DNA of 64,000 nucleotides, taken from NCBI RefSeq assembly GCF_036588685.1, contig NC_086382.1, positions 32,736,001 through 32,800,000 of the forward strand. Reading direction: 5' to 3'. The position numbers and the translations under genes were made by a program. Shown here piece by piece: positions 12,176-25,000 of this stretch (its first letter is position 1; each line of letters opens with the position of its first letter). This DNA is from Mytilus trossulus. Its lineage: Eukaryota. The notes under the pieces were generated by a model, which was given only the letters and a program-made list of their open reading frames with translations, was not told the DNA's origin and did not search any database.

Positions 12176-12994
12176 TATAAGTCTACTTTGATCAGTTTTA
12201 GTTAAAATGTTAAGGTCCAAAAACTATTACAATAGTGCATTTTATAGATATTTGGGGGCATTTTTTACTAACTTCCCGTTACTTGCCAGGCTTAAAATTT
12301 TTACTTGTCTTAGAAATGATATGCACCTTTAAAAAAATCCTAAAAATTTAAAAAAATAAATATGATCTTGAGAGAAAACACCTACTGAGTACATGTACTA
12401 CATGCAAGTTATCTAATACATCTGTTGCACGAATCTCTCTGGCAACCTGCCAAAAGGTAAAAAGTATGTCAAAATGCATTTTTTCTTTTTTTTTTTAATG
12501 TTCTACGCAAAATATAACAAGATAATGCTATATTTAAGAGATATATCAATTATTCAGACCTTTAAAAAGTATCTAAATTTTGGTGATTTTTTGGCATTAA
12601 TTTTTTATAATTCACAAATATGCAAATAAGGCTGTTAAATTGAAAATCGTGTGAATTAACCAAAATTTTTTTTTATCTTAACTCCTAAATACCCAAAGAT
12701 TTTGGAAACATATATAATGTTGCAAAGTTATTACTACCAATTTGGACGAAATTTGAGATTTTGCATGGTTTTATGGCAGACTGGCTCTTAATACAAATTA
12801 GTGGGAATTTGTTGATTAGCTTATATTAATCACGTCAGTTTCGACGGCCTCACTACAATAAGCTGATGATACCATCGGGAACTAACAGTCTTATCCACAG
12901 CGGTATCGCCTTAGTCCTAATACATGAAAATCACTAAATATATTTCGTGCGTCCAAAGCGCAGTGTTTTCTGGATCTACCATCGGGGACGCTCA

Positions 12995-13706
12995 TACCAA
13001 AATCGGGGGTCGTATAATGCATTTGGTTTCCGGACAATTTCTCAATTTCTTTAGTTTAGGTGAAATCATCTCAAGGAAATCTTACAAGAAGGTTCAATAC
13101 CATAAAAGGAAGGTTGGGATTGATTTTTTGGGTTATAGTACCAACAGTTTAGGTATAAGGGACTAAAAAGGGGTCAAAACGGTTTTTTTTTTTAGTTTCT
13201 GGACAATAACTTGTGTAAGTGTATTATGGATCTCTCTGACACTGTACCACACGGTTCCATATCACAAAGGGAAGGCTGTGATTGAGTTTGGGGGTAATTG
13301 CCCGTAACATGCAGGACTCCGGGGCAAAAAAGGGACCAAAACAAGTTTTTTTCTTAGTTTCCGGACACTAACTTGTGTTTAAGTGTATGGATCCCTTTAA
13401 AATTGTACAAAAAGGTTCCATTCTACAAAGGAAAGGCTGGAAATGAGTTTAGAGGTTATTGCTCCAGGGGGGGGGGTCATTGTTTTATTCAGAATTTTTA
13501 AATTTCAGAAATCTTTTAATGCACAGTATTACGAAAAAGATTTTTAAGATCTTTGAAAACATTTATTTTGTTTCAGAAACCTATATAAAAAATCACAATC
13601 CAAATTCAGACAGTATCAAGCTTGAATATTGTGTCCACATTTGCCCCAACGGTTCAGGGTTCGACGTCTGCGGTCGTATCGGGCTGCGCTCAGCGAAGCA
13701 TTTTAT
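12995..13706 (-). mobile_element. Helentron/DINE-1-like element of the same group in reverse orientation
   Basis: 13590-13706 is the reverse complement of the family 5' module. The interior is reverse-similar to 11560-12170. Confidence 0.55.
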
Positions 13707-13867
13707 TTGTTGTTTTTGTTTTTTGTTCATTTTTGATGTCCTATGATGTAATATTTAATTTCCTTTCGAATTGAAGCCAATTATTCTCTTATCCTGAGAC
13801 CAGAGAGCGGACGTATTAAGTGTTTCTGATGAGACCAAAATAAATTGTGCTATTTTCATCAATAGTT

Positions 13868-14023
13868 CAGTGGCGGATCCAGAGGGGGGGGTTCCGGGGG
13901 TGCGCACCCCCCCTTTATTTTTGCCGATCAATGCATTTGTATCGGGACATATGTTTTGCCCCCCCCCCCCCCTTTGCCCTGGGTTAGCACCCCCCCTTTC
14001 GAAAATTCCTGCATCCGCCCATG
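13868..14023. mobile_element. Short GC-rich MITE (CAGTGGCGGATCCAG termini)
   Basis: Terminal inverted repeats cagtggcggatccag / ctgcatccgcccatg. Second copy at 62080-62234. No clear TSD. Confidence 0.75.
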
Positions 14024-15342
14024 CTAAGTTTAAGAAAGTGTTTTGTCCTCTAGATGTCTTACGGGTATTTTCGCCCACACCGAAACCAGTTTGCTGAATT
14101 CACATGGCAAACAATTGAAAATTCCAGAAGCAGATATTACAAGAAAAGTATACTGGACCGACATCATAGACTCAACTGTTACTTCTTACATTTTGTTGTT
14201 GACAGAGTTTCCATTGCAGATCGACAAACATGATTTTTGCTATTTTTGTATTAATCTCATTAAGTCTCTGGTTGCGATTTGTTTCATTTGCAATCATACC
14301 ACATCTTCTTATTTTCATATTGAATACCCATTGACTCTTCTTGTCAGTAATTTTGCGGGCATGAGTCCAATATAACACCCACCATACGAAAATATATTGA
14401 CACGTTACATTTTACGGCAGAAACATAAAAAGTAGAGAAAATAGACTTTAAAGTACAGAATAGAGAAAATAGACTTTTAAAAAGTACAGAATAGAGAAAA
14501 ATGGGTTACTTAAATATTAAGAATAGAGAATAATGGACAAAATAAACAAAGAATAGAGCAAATGGTCGTTAACATTAAAGAATTCAGAAATGGACGCCCC
14601 CATCCAGGCCCACGTTAATTCCGTTGGTCAGACTGGCTATTTTTAAATACCACTCCAAGAGGAAGTTAACGTTTATAGTCTGCTGTCCTATTATTCTCGT
14701 CTAAGTTGGTTATTTTTCTTTGTACCGAACTTTGGAGTTAAAACTAATTGTAACTGATTTGTATAGCTTGTTCTCATGTTGTGCTTTTACACCACTGTCC
14801 CAGTTTAATAAAAAGAGTATTGAGCTCACAAAAATATTATTTGTGTGCATGATGTCCTAAGTCACCTGTAGTTCAGTGGTTGTCGTTTGTTCATGTCTGT
14901 AATATTTAGTTTTCTAAAATTGTTTATTTATAAATTAGGCCGTCATATTTTTGTTGTTTAAATTACTTATTGCTTCAGATTTCTTCATGCCAATGCCACT
15001 TATAGCCTGCATTGTGGTATGATTTTTTCTCATTGTTAAAGGCCATAATCAATTTATTTTAATCCCAGTTTGGTAGTTGTGTCATTGTATAACATATCAC
15101 TTCTCCTTATTTTTATATTAACCGTATCCTATATTGCATACACAGTTCTCCAGTTTGTACCTCCACACAAAAGAAGTATACTCAATAAATCATCATTTAA
15201 TATTCTTTAAAAAGGCATTATCTATACATTATTTTTTTTTAATATCAGATGTTTATATGGAGCATGGTGGGGTTCGTGTTGCTCAGTCTTTCTTTTTCAA
15301 TGTCCTGTTTTGTATACTGTTTTGTTTTTATGTCTTTTTATA

Positions 15343-18300
15343 CAGGAGATCATCCCCGGTTTTAAGTTGTTCATCCTTTTGTTTTGTTTTGTATACTGTT
15401 GTACATCTTTTTGTCTTTTGTCACAGGAGATCATCCCCCGTTTGAGGTGAGGTTCGGGTTTTTCAGTCTTTAATTGTCTTTTTTGTTTTGTAAACTTTTG
15501 TTTGTCTTTTTGTCTTTTGTTACAGGAGATCATCCCCTGTCTAAGGTGAAGTTGAAGTTGTTCAGTCTTTTGTTGTCTGTGTTCTGTTTTGTAAACTTTT
15601 GTTTGTCTTTTTGTCTTTTGGTATAGAAGATCATCCCCTGTCTAAGGTGAGGTTTAAGTTGTTCAGTATTTTGTTGTCTGTGTTCTGTTTTGTGAACTTT
15701 TGTTTGTCTGTTTGTCTTTTGTTATAGGAGATTATCACAGGTTTAAGGTGAGGTTTAAGTTGTTCAGTATTTTGTTGTCTGTGTTCTGTTTTGTAAACTT
15801 TTGTTTGTCTCTTTGTCTTTTGTTATAGAAGATCATCACCGGTTTAAGGTGAAGTTGAAGTTGTTCGGTCTTTTGTTGTCTGTGTTCTGTTTTGTAAACT
15901 GTTGTTTGTCTCTTTGTCTTTTGTTATAGGAGATTATCACAGGTTTAAGGTGAAGTTGAAGTTGTTCAGTATTTTGTTGTCTGTGTTCTGTTTTGTAAAC
16001 TTTTGTTTGTCTTTTTGTCTTTTGTTATAGGAGATCATCACCGGTCTAATGTGAAGTTGAAGTTGTTCGGTCTTTTGTTGTCTGTGTTTTGTTTTGTTAA
16101 CTTTTGTTTGTCTCTTTGTCTTTTGTTATAAAAGATCATCACCGGTTTAAGGTGAAGTTGAAGTTGTTCGGTCTTTTGTTGTCTGTGTTCTGTTTTGTAA
16201 ACTGTTGTTTGTCTCTTTGTCTTTTGTTATAGGAGATCATCACCGGTTTAAGGTGAAGTTGAAGTTGTTCAGTATTTTGTTGTCTGTGTTCTGTTTTGTA
16301 AACTTTTGTTTGTCTTTTTGTCTTTTGTTATAGGAGATCATCACCGGTCTAAGGTGAAGTTGAAGTTGTTCGGTCTTTTGTTGTCTGTGTTCTGTTTTGT
16401 AAACTTTTGTTTGTCTTTTTTTCTTTTGTTACTGGAGATCATCCCCTGTCTAAGGTGAAATTGAAGTTGTTCAGTCTTTTGTTGTCTGTGTTCTGTTTTG
16501 TAAACTTTTGTTTGTCTCTTTGTCTTTTGTTACTGAAGATCATCACCGGTTTAAGGTGAAGTTGAAGTTGTTCAGTCTTTTGTTGTCTGTTTACTGTTTT
16601 GTAAACTTTTGTTTGTCTGTTTGTCTTTTGTTATAGGAGATCATCACCGGTTTAAGGTGAAGTTGAAGTTGTTCAGTCTTTTGTTGTCTGTGTTCTGTTT
16701 TGTAAACTTTTGTTTGTCTTTTTGCCTTTTGTTATAGAAGATTATCACCGGTCTAAGGTGAAGTTGAAGTTGTTCAGTCTTTTGTTGTCTGTTTACTGTT
16801 TTGTAAACTTTTGTTTGTCTCTTTGTCTTTTGTTATAGGAGATCATCACCGGTTTAAGGTGAAGTTGAAGTTGTTCAGTCTTTTGTTGTCTGTGTTCTGT
16901 TTTGTAAACTGTTGTTTGTCTCTTTGTCTTTTGTTATAGGAGATCATCACCGGTTTAAGGTGAAGTTGAAGTTGTTCGGTCTTTTGTTGTCTGTGTTCTG
17001 TTTTGTAAACTGTTGTTTGTCTCTTTGTCTTTTGTTATAGGAGATTATCACAGGTTTAAGGTGAAGTTGAAGTTGTTCAGTATTTTGTTGTCTGTGTTCT
17101 GTTTTGTAAACTTTTGTTTGTCTTTTTGTCTTTTGTTATAGGAGATCATCACCGGTCTAAGGTGAAGTTGAAGTTGTTCGGTCTTTTGTTGTCTGTGTTC
17201 TGTTTTGTTAACTTTTGTTTGTCTCTTTGTCTTTTGTTATAGGAGATCATCACCGGTTTAAGGTGAAGTTGAAGTTGTTCAGTCTTTTGTTGTCTGTGTT
17301 CTGTTTTGTAAACTTTTGTTTGTCTTTTTGCCTTTTGTTATAGAAGATCATCACCGGTTTAAGGTGAAGTTGAAGTTGTTCGGTCTTTTGTTGTCTGTGT
17401 TCTGTTTTGTAAACTGTTGTTTGTCTCTTTGTCTTTTGTTATAGGAGATTATCACAGGTTTAAGGTGAAGTTGAAGTTGTTCAGTATTTTGTTGTCTGTG
17501 TTCTGTTTTGTAAACTTTTGTTTGTCTTTTTGTCTTTTGTTATAGGAGATCATCACCGGTCTAATGTGAAGTTGAAGTTGTTCGGTCTTTTGTTGTCTGT
17601 GTTTTGTTTTGTAAACTTTTGTTTGTCTCTTTGTCTTTTGTTATAGGAGATCATCACCGGTTTAAGGTGAAGTTGAAGTTGTTCGGTCTTTTGTTGTCTG
17701 TGTTCTGTTTTGTAAACTGTTGTTTGTCTCTTTGTCTTTTGTTATAGGAGATCATCACCGGTTTAAGGTGAAGTTGAAGTTGTTCAGTATTTTGTTGTCT
17801 GTGTTCTGTTTTGTAAACTTTTGTTTGTCTTTTTGTCTTTTGTTATAGGAGATCATCACCGGTCTAAGGTGAAGTTGAAGTTGTTCGGTCTTTTGTTGTC
17901 TGTGTATTGTTTTGTAAACTTTTGTTTGTCTGTTTGTCTTTTGTTATAGGAGATCATCACAGGTTTAAGGTGAAGTTGAAGTTGTTCAGTCTTTTGTTGT
18001 CTGTGTTCTGTTTTGTAATCTTTTGTTTGTCTTTTTGTCTTTTGTTACATGAGATCATCACCGGTTTAAGGTGAAGTTGAAGTTGTTCAGTCTTTTGTTG
18101 TCTGTGTTCTGTTTTGTAATCTTTTGTTTGTCTTTTTGTCTTTTGTTACATGAGATCATCACCGGTTTAAGGTGAAGTTGAAGTTGTTCGGTCTTTTGTT
18201 GTCTGTGTTCTGTTTTATAAACTATGTTTGTCTCTTTGTCTTTTGTTATAGAAGATCATCACCGGTCTAAGGTGAAGTTGAAGTTGTTCGGTCTTTTGTT

Positions 18301-18570
18301 GTCTGTGTTTTGTTTTGTTAACTTTTGTTTGTCTCTTTGTCTTTTGTTATAAAAGATCATCACCGGTTTAAGGTGAAGTTGAAGTTGTTCGGTCTTTTGT
18401 TGTCTGTGTTCTGTTTTGTAATCTTTTGTTTGTCTTTTTGTCTTTTGTTACATGAGATCATCACCGGTTTAAGGTGAAGTTGAAGTTGTTCAGTCTTTTG
18501 TTGTCTGTGTTCTGTTTTGTAAACTGTTGTTTCTCTCTTTATCTTTTGTCAAAGTAGTTCATCCCCGGCT
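15343..18570. repeat. Satellite array, 101-bp monomer, about 32 copies
   Basis: The gagatcatcaccgg motif recurs every 101 bp (e.g. 16031, 16132, 16233, 16334). Edge units are more degenerate. The array sits between the 5' (15257) and 3' (to ~18729) parts of a dispersed repeat. Confidence 0.95.
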
Positions 18571-18779
18571 TTAGGTGAGGTTTAGTTTATTCAGTCTTTT
18601 ATTCAGTCTTTTCTGTCTTTGTTTTGTTTTGTATGTTGTTAACTTTTTGATCCTTTTTGCCATGGCGTTGTTAGTTTGTGTTCGACTAATGAGTTTACAC
18701 GCCCCTTTGGTACCTTTCGCCTTTCTTTTAAATTATTGACTTATTAAATATTAAATCAGGTTGATGACCAAAAACAAAT

Positions 18780-19067
18780 ACGTTTTATCATTTATATTTA
18801 TTTGCAGGAATAACTAAAGTTATCTATGTAACACAAATCCTAGAAAGGTCATACAGACAATAATTATACATTTACATGCCAGTGATCGCTGTAAAACTAT
18901 ACGCATGAATTGAATAAATAAATAAAGAAATAATTCAATAAGTTAAAAGCTCAATATACAAGTTCTCCTTAAAACCTTTATTTCACATGTAACTACGAAA
19001 TAGTCTTCTTCGCTTCCTGGCTGAGTCACAGGATAAAGGGTAAATTAAAGTTGTCTCCCGTCCTAGT
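18780..19067 (-). other. Mhc: Terminal exon of Mhc-A: tailpiece [13 protein letters not shown] plus 3' UTR with AATAAA (18797-18802)
   Basis: Polypyrimidine-CAG acceptor at 19068-19080, in frame with the donor at 20540. Conserved in copy B (48402-48443, [13 protein letters not shown]). Confidence 0.8.
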
Positions 19068-22000
19068 CTGGAAAAAAGAAAGAATTAAATTATAAACAAG
19101 AATGTGTCCTCAGTACACGAATGCCCCACTCGCACTTTCATTTTCTATGTTCAGTGGACCGTGACATTGTGATAAAAACTCTAATTTGGCATTAAAATTA
19201 GAAAAATCATATTATAGGGAACATGTGTACTAAGTTTGAAGTTGATTGGACTTCAACTTCATCAAAAACTACCTTGACCAAAAACTTTAACCTGAAGCGG
19301 GACAGACGGACGAACGGTACGACGGACGAACGGACGCACAGACCAGAAAACATAATGCCCCTCTACTATCGTAGGTGGGGCATAAAAAATCACTGACTTG
19401 TTATATGGATATCATTATTTCAATACTAATACACTATATATGAACTAAAAGAGATACAAGTAAGAAAGTAAGACGTCAAACCAACGACACCAAATTAAAA
19501 TTGACATAATTTAACAAAAAAACCATGAAAGTAAAACATTTGTGGACATCAAAATCAGAAGAGCTTAAACAGAACTGCACAAAACTGTCAAATTAACTTT
19601 GCAGTGTTAGATGTTTACTCACTTAAACAAGGGTTTCGTATTTTGTTCTATACTAAAATTGAGAATGGAAATGGGGAATGTCCATGAGTGGCCGTTCATG
19701 TCATTTGCGCGATTATATACGCGTATATAATTTTATACGCGTATATATACTATTACCTACATATAAAATCATATACGCGTATATAATCACGCAAATGACA
19801 TGAACGGCCACTCATATGTATCATAGAGACAACAACCCGACCATAGAACAGACTAAAGCAGAAGGTCACCAACAGGTCTTTAATGCAGCGAGAAACTCCC
19901 GCACCCGAAGGCGTCCTTCAGCTGGCCCCTAAACAAATATATATACTAGTTCAGTGATAATGAACGCCATACTAAACTCCAATTTGTACACAAGAAACTA
20001 AAATTACAAAGAATACAAGAGTAATAAAGACCAGAGGCTCCTGACTTGGGACAGGCGCAAAAATGAGGCGGGGTTAAACATGTTTATGAGACCTAAACCA
20101 TCCCCTATACCCTAGCCAATAAAACCAAGCATGTTAATTTTATAGCTCTGTAATTGGTGAAATAAAGGTTATTGACAATTACTATTTCATAGTTACCTTT
20201 TATCTCCATATGTCACCACTTTGAATGCAGCACATCTTACTTCTGTAAATGAAGAACGGAATGAAACATTTGGATAAAAATAAAATTCACGTCCCGTTTT
20301 ATAAATAAATTCATTTGGAGCCAAACAGTTACACTATAAGTATAAATGCAACTCCAATAATGTCAATAATAGGCATGTTAAAACGTTGTTGTTTCGAGAT
20401 GTTTAACTTAAGCTATTGGTAATACTAGTTTTGTGTTCGTCTCCATGATCGAATGCTTATTGCTTGTTTCCCTATTGGTAACCCTTTAAATTCAAAAATA
20501 TTCAAAAATAAAATATAATTTAACTCATGGTACTACTTACTGATGGGCTCATTCTGCTTATAGATACACTTTTTATTGTTCTAGTGCGGGAAACTGAGCT
20601 ACGGCCCTGGGAAACTGAGCTACGGCTCTTGGAACGTAGTTTTGTCAGGGAAGATTCTGAACTCTCTGCACGTTCTTCTGCATCTTCAACCTCGCTTTGG
20701 GCTTTGCGGTATTTAGACAGATTAATTGCAGCAATTTCTTCCTGAAATTGAAGAGAAAAATTAAAAATTTCAGTATAATCTATTTAAACGGTTCAGATAA
20801 ACGTTGTGGAAATCAACTTGACATGGTGTAAAAATATCATGTATTAATGATGCACTTTATCACCTATGAATGTAATTTAGCAGATCCAACAATTGATACC
20901 AGATGACCATCAATTAGCACTGGTAATGAATATACTAATAGTGCTATGTTAGTAACAATTAAGAAGCCACATGCGTTAATGTAAATACACTAATTAGTTA
21001 CCAGATAATTAATTGATGCCCAATATACTTATTATCTATATCAACAGTACCACGGTATGTGCTATTACTGTGTAACGTGATTATATAAACATTGCCTTTT
21101 GAGGACCACACTATACGGCTATCAATCAGTAATTTTGTGATATCTTAAGATTGTTATCGCACCTTTCCCCTGTACCTAGAGACACTTGTACTTTATTTGT
21201 TTACCTAAGTTTTTTATGTTTTCTTTAAATGAACCCTCATACGCTGGGATTCCAAATAAATGTTTTTTATAATCAAACAATTTAATCTTAAAAGCAAGAA
21301 TGTGTCCCCAGTACACGGATAACCCACTTGCACTATTATTTTCTATGTTCAGTGGACCGTGAAATAGAAATTAGAAAGATCATATCATAGGAAACATGTG
21401 TACTTAATTTCAAGTGGATTAGACTTCAACTTCATCAAAAACAACCTCGACCAAAAACTTTAATCTGAAGCGGGACAGACGGACGAACGGACGGACGAAA
21501 GAACGGACCCACAGACCAGAAAACATAATGTCCCTCTACTATCGTAGGTGGGGCATAAAAATAGTAAAACGTATAAAACAAAAGGTGTAAATTACCCGAG
21601 GTTGACACTCAAAACTCATAAGACGTGGTAAAACTAACAACACCATGGTAAAAAAACGAAAGACAACGAAAAGACAAGCAGAAAACGTATGACTGAACAA
21701 CACGAACTACTACTGAACAACGAGCATGATCATATGTGCTCCGGAAGGGTAAACAGATAAATAACTTACAGCTTCCTCTACTTGACGTTTGTATGTCTTG
21801 ACTTTGCATTGAAGTTTGTCCATCATGTCCTGGAGTCTTTCTTGCATCTTGCGGTCTTCATCACATTGGAAGGCCAATTCCTTCATCCTGCGGTCAGCCT
21901 TGCGCATATTTTTCTGTGTTTCAGCATGGTGACGTTGTTCATTGTCCAATTCACTCTCCAGATCACGGATCTGAGATGGAAATAATCATCATAATAATGT

Positions 22001-25000
22001 ATCCCATTTCAATTTCATTAACTGATTATTTTCAATAGCGGTGTAGTATTACAGTTTATTGTTGTTTAAATACATTAATTCAGAAACATTGAACTTGTTA
22101 TATTTCTTTGTATTATAAAAATTGAAAGAAGAAAAACAATCGTTGAGTTATGTCTGGTTTCAAGTTTCCTAATTTTCTCCTTTGAGTAATTACTATAATG
22201 TGACTTACTCTCTGTTCCAACTTGGCGATGACTTTTCTGCCTCCTTTCACACCACTTGATTCGGATTCGTCGACACGGACATGTAATTCCTTGATGGTAA
22301 TTTCCAAAGATTTCCTGATTTTCTCGACCTGGTGACTGTGTTCCTGTTCAGATCTGAGTTCATCAGCAATTCTTGCGGTATCCATAAGGGCTCTCTTAGC
22401 ACGGTCATCAGCAGCCTTGATCTCGCTTTGAAGTTCATCAAGATCAGCCTGAGTAAGAAAGTATGAACCATATTAAGTAGACGCCTTTTAAATTCAAAAG
22501 TAAATTTAAGACTTCAAGCATAATTGTCTTTATACTAGTAGTAGTTTAATTTAACAAAAAAAAGTTACACTTTAATTTGCTGTTTATTTGAATCATTTTA
22601 TTTTGTACAATATAAATCACTTTTTGCTTTTGAAATAATTGCATTAAAAAGTTATACCAATTCTACATTCCACAAAATCGGACAGGATTTAAAAATACAA
22701 AGCTAGTACTTACAGACATGGCTTGCATATCTCCCTCGACCTTTCTCTTCTGAGCTTGTGCTGAACTGACTTGAGCGGCCAATTCATTGATGCGATCTTG
22801 AGCTTCATAGAGTTCACCTTCAGCAACCTTCCTTGCTCTCTCAGACTGTTCAAGAGCTGATCTGACCTCGTCGATTTCGCTGATAAGGACGTTGCAACGT
22901 CTCTCAGTCAGAACGTAAGATTCACGTGACTCATCACGTACACGTGATTCTGATTCAATCTTGATGTGGAGTTCTTGAATTTGAAGGATATATCTCTTCA
23001 TGTTCTTTTCAACCTCAGCCTTAGCTCTGGTTGCTGTATCAAGTGCCATCTCGAGTTCGTTGATGTCTTGTTCGAGCTTCTTTCTGATCCTGTGGGACTC
23101 GGCTTTGCCCTTAGCCTCTGCCTCTAAACTGATTTGCATGGATTCAAGAGCTCTCTGGTGATTGCGTCTGAAATTAAACAGTTAATATGCATTTTAGATT
23201 TGAAAATCTTCTTCGTTAAGTTTAAAAGCATTTAATTTCGACATTAGGTTTAAAATGATATATCAAGAACATTTCTACTTAGATAACTAGTAATTAAAGT
23301 CTTATCATCATAAATTATTTAAAATAAAACTATTCTTATGACAGAAAATCGATCATTTTTGTAAAATAAGTATTTTTTTTTTTAACATACCGAGTATTTT
23401 CAAATTCTTCCTCTTTCTCTTGGATTCTTCTATCAATGTCATTTCGGACAGTAGAAATTTCCAGTTGAACACGCATGACCTTAGCCTCCTCCTGTTCCAA
23501 AGAGGACTCTGCTTCTTCCAAAGCAGCTTGGAGTTCTTCCTTCTCCATCTCAAGACGTCTCTTTGCCTTTTCGATCTCGTGTGAGCTTCGGCCACCATCG
23601 GTAAGTTGATCAGATACCTCACGGATTTCATCTACAAACATTTAAGTATTACCCATTATAATCGTATATACTTTTGCATATTCAGTGAATTGATTGAAGG
23701 ACCATTCGGGTTCGAAATAAAATGATGAAAAAAAACATTACAAATTGGCTTATATCATTGAACATTTATGTGGAATTTAAATGACTAGTGGTTAAAATTC
23801 AAAATAGATACATGATACAATTACCATCTTTTGAATTCATATAGTTAAAAATAAAACAGATGTGCATTCGTAATGCTTACCAGCAAGATTTTTGTTTTCT
23901 CTTCTCAGAGACTCAATTGTAGTATGGGACTCCTCATACTGAGCTTTAAATCTAAAGAGTTCAGCAGAGTAACTGCGAGCCTCGTTGTGAGCAGTATCAA
24001 CCTCGATCTGGAGTTCTTTAACTTTAACGGTCCATTCTTGGATAGTCCTGTCAAACTGTCTTTGCCTCTTTTCTACAGTACTGGAGCTAACATTTGACTG
24101 TAAAAGAATAATAAGAATACTGAAGTTGACAAAAATGTATCCATACAATGCATTTAATTTTTATCACAATAATAGTCAATTATCGAGGACTAATGTATAT
24201 CGATGTGGTAGGATTGCCAAAGAAACAACAATAGGTCTTCATGCGGCCTTCAACAATAACTTGAACCCATATCCTAATGTAAGCTAAGAAAGACCCCTAA
24301 TGACATAAAACTTTTCAAACATTAAACACTTTTTTTCAAATGTGAAACTCATGCTTATTTTATTATATTTTTTTTATTTGGCTTCTGTTAAATAAATATA
24401 TTAAATATTACAAAATTCTATGCACTAATACTTACACGTTCAACCTCAATAAGGAGGTCGTCAAGTTCTCCTTGCAGTCTGTTTTTAGCCTTCTCCAATC
24501 CACTAGCTTTAGCATTAGCCATCTCAGCTGCCTGTTCAGCCTCTGCCAATCTTGCAGCAAGATTACGTCTAAAAGGACGGACATTTTTAATGAATAATGT
24601 TGGTTAAACAAGGGATAGAATCTTTATATTTTTTTTACCAGGAAATTATTAATTAACAACATACTGTGTTTCTACATGGTGCTTTTAAATGACAAATAAA
24701 ACTAAATACAGAACTGCTTTCATGATTTTTTTTTAAATGTTATTACAATGAATCAAGTTTGCTGTCACTGTGAAACACACTTTAATATAGGGCTATATAA
24801 ATGTAAAATAGAAATAGATCAGAAACATCTATTTAGGCACAACGAATACAACTCAGTGCAGAAAACGCTGTCAAAGATACTAACGCTTAAAAAAACCAAT
24901 TACTTTCCACACCGATCTGTTTCCACACTTTTTACAAAAAAATAAAAATGAAAACTCATTCATTTTCTGAACTAAAAATACATACTTTGCATCTTCTAAC

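Larger units (their letters stand above)
7309..12787. mobile_element. Non-autonomous DNA transposon with 30-bp TIRs and TTAA target duplication (Kolobok-like termini), carrying nested insertions
   Basis: TTAA|GAGCCAGTCTGTGATAAAACCATGCAAAAT at 7305-7338 and ATTTTGCATGGTTTTATGGCAGACTGGCTC|TTAA at 12758-12791 (28/30 match). No transposase ORF. The superfamily is inferred only from the TTAA TSD and RR..YY ends. Confidence 0.8.

Noticed and set aside
13755-14097. Gly/Pro-rich ORFs on both strands (also 62042-62248)
   Set aside because: They arise from G/C runs in a short MITE.
15343-18570. CRISPR-like regular array
   Set aside because: There are no unique spacers; these are head-to-tail 101-bp monomers in eukaryotic DNA with no cas genes.
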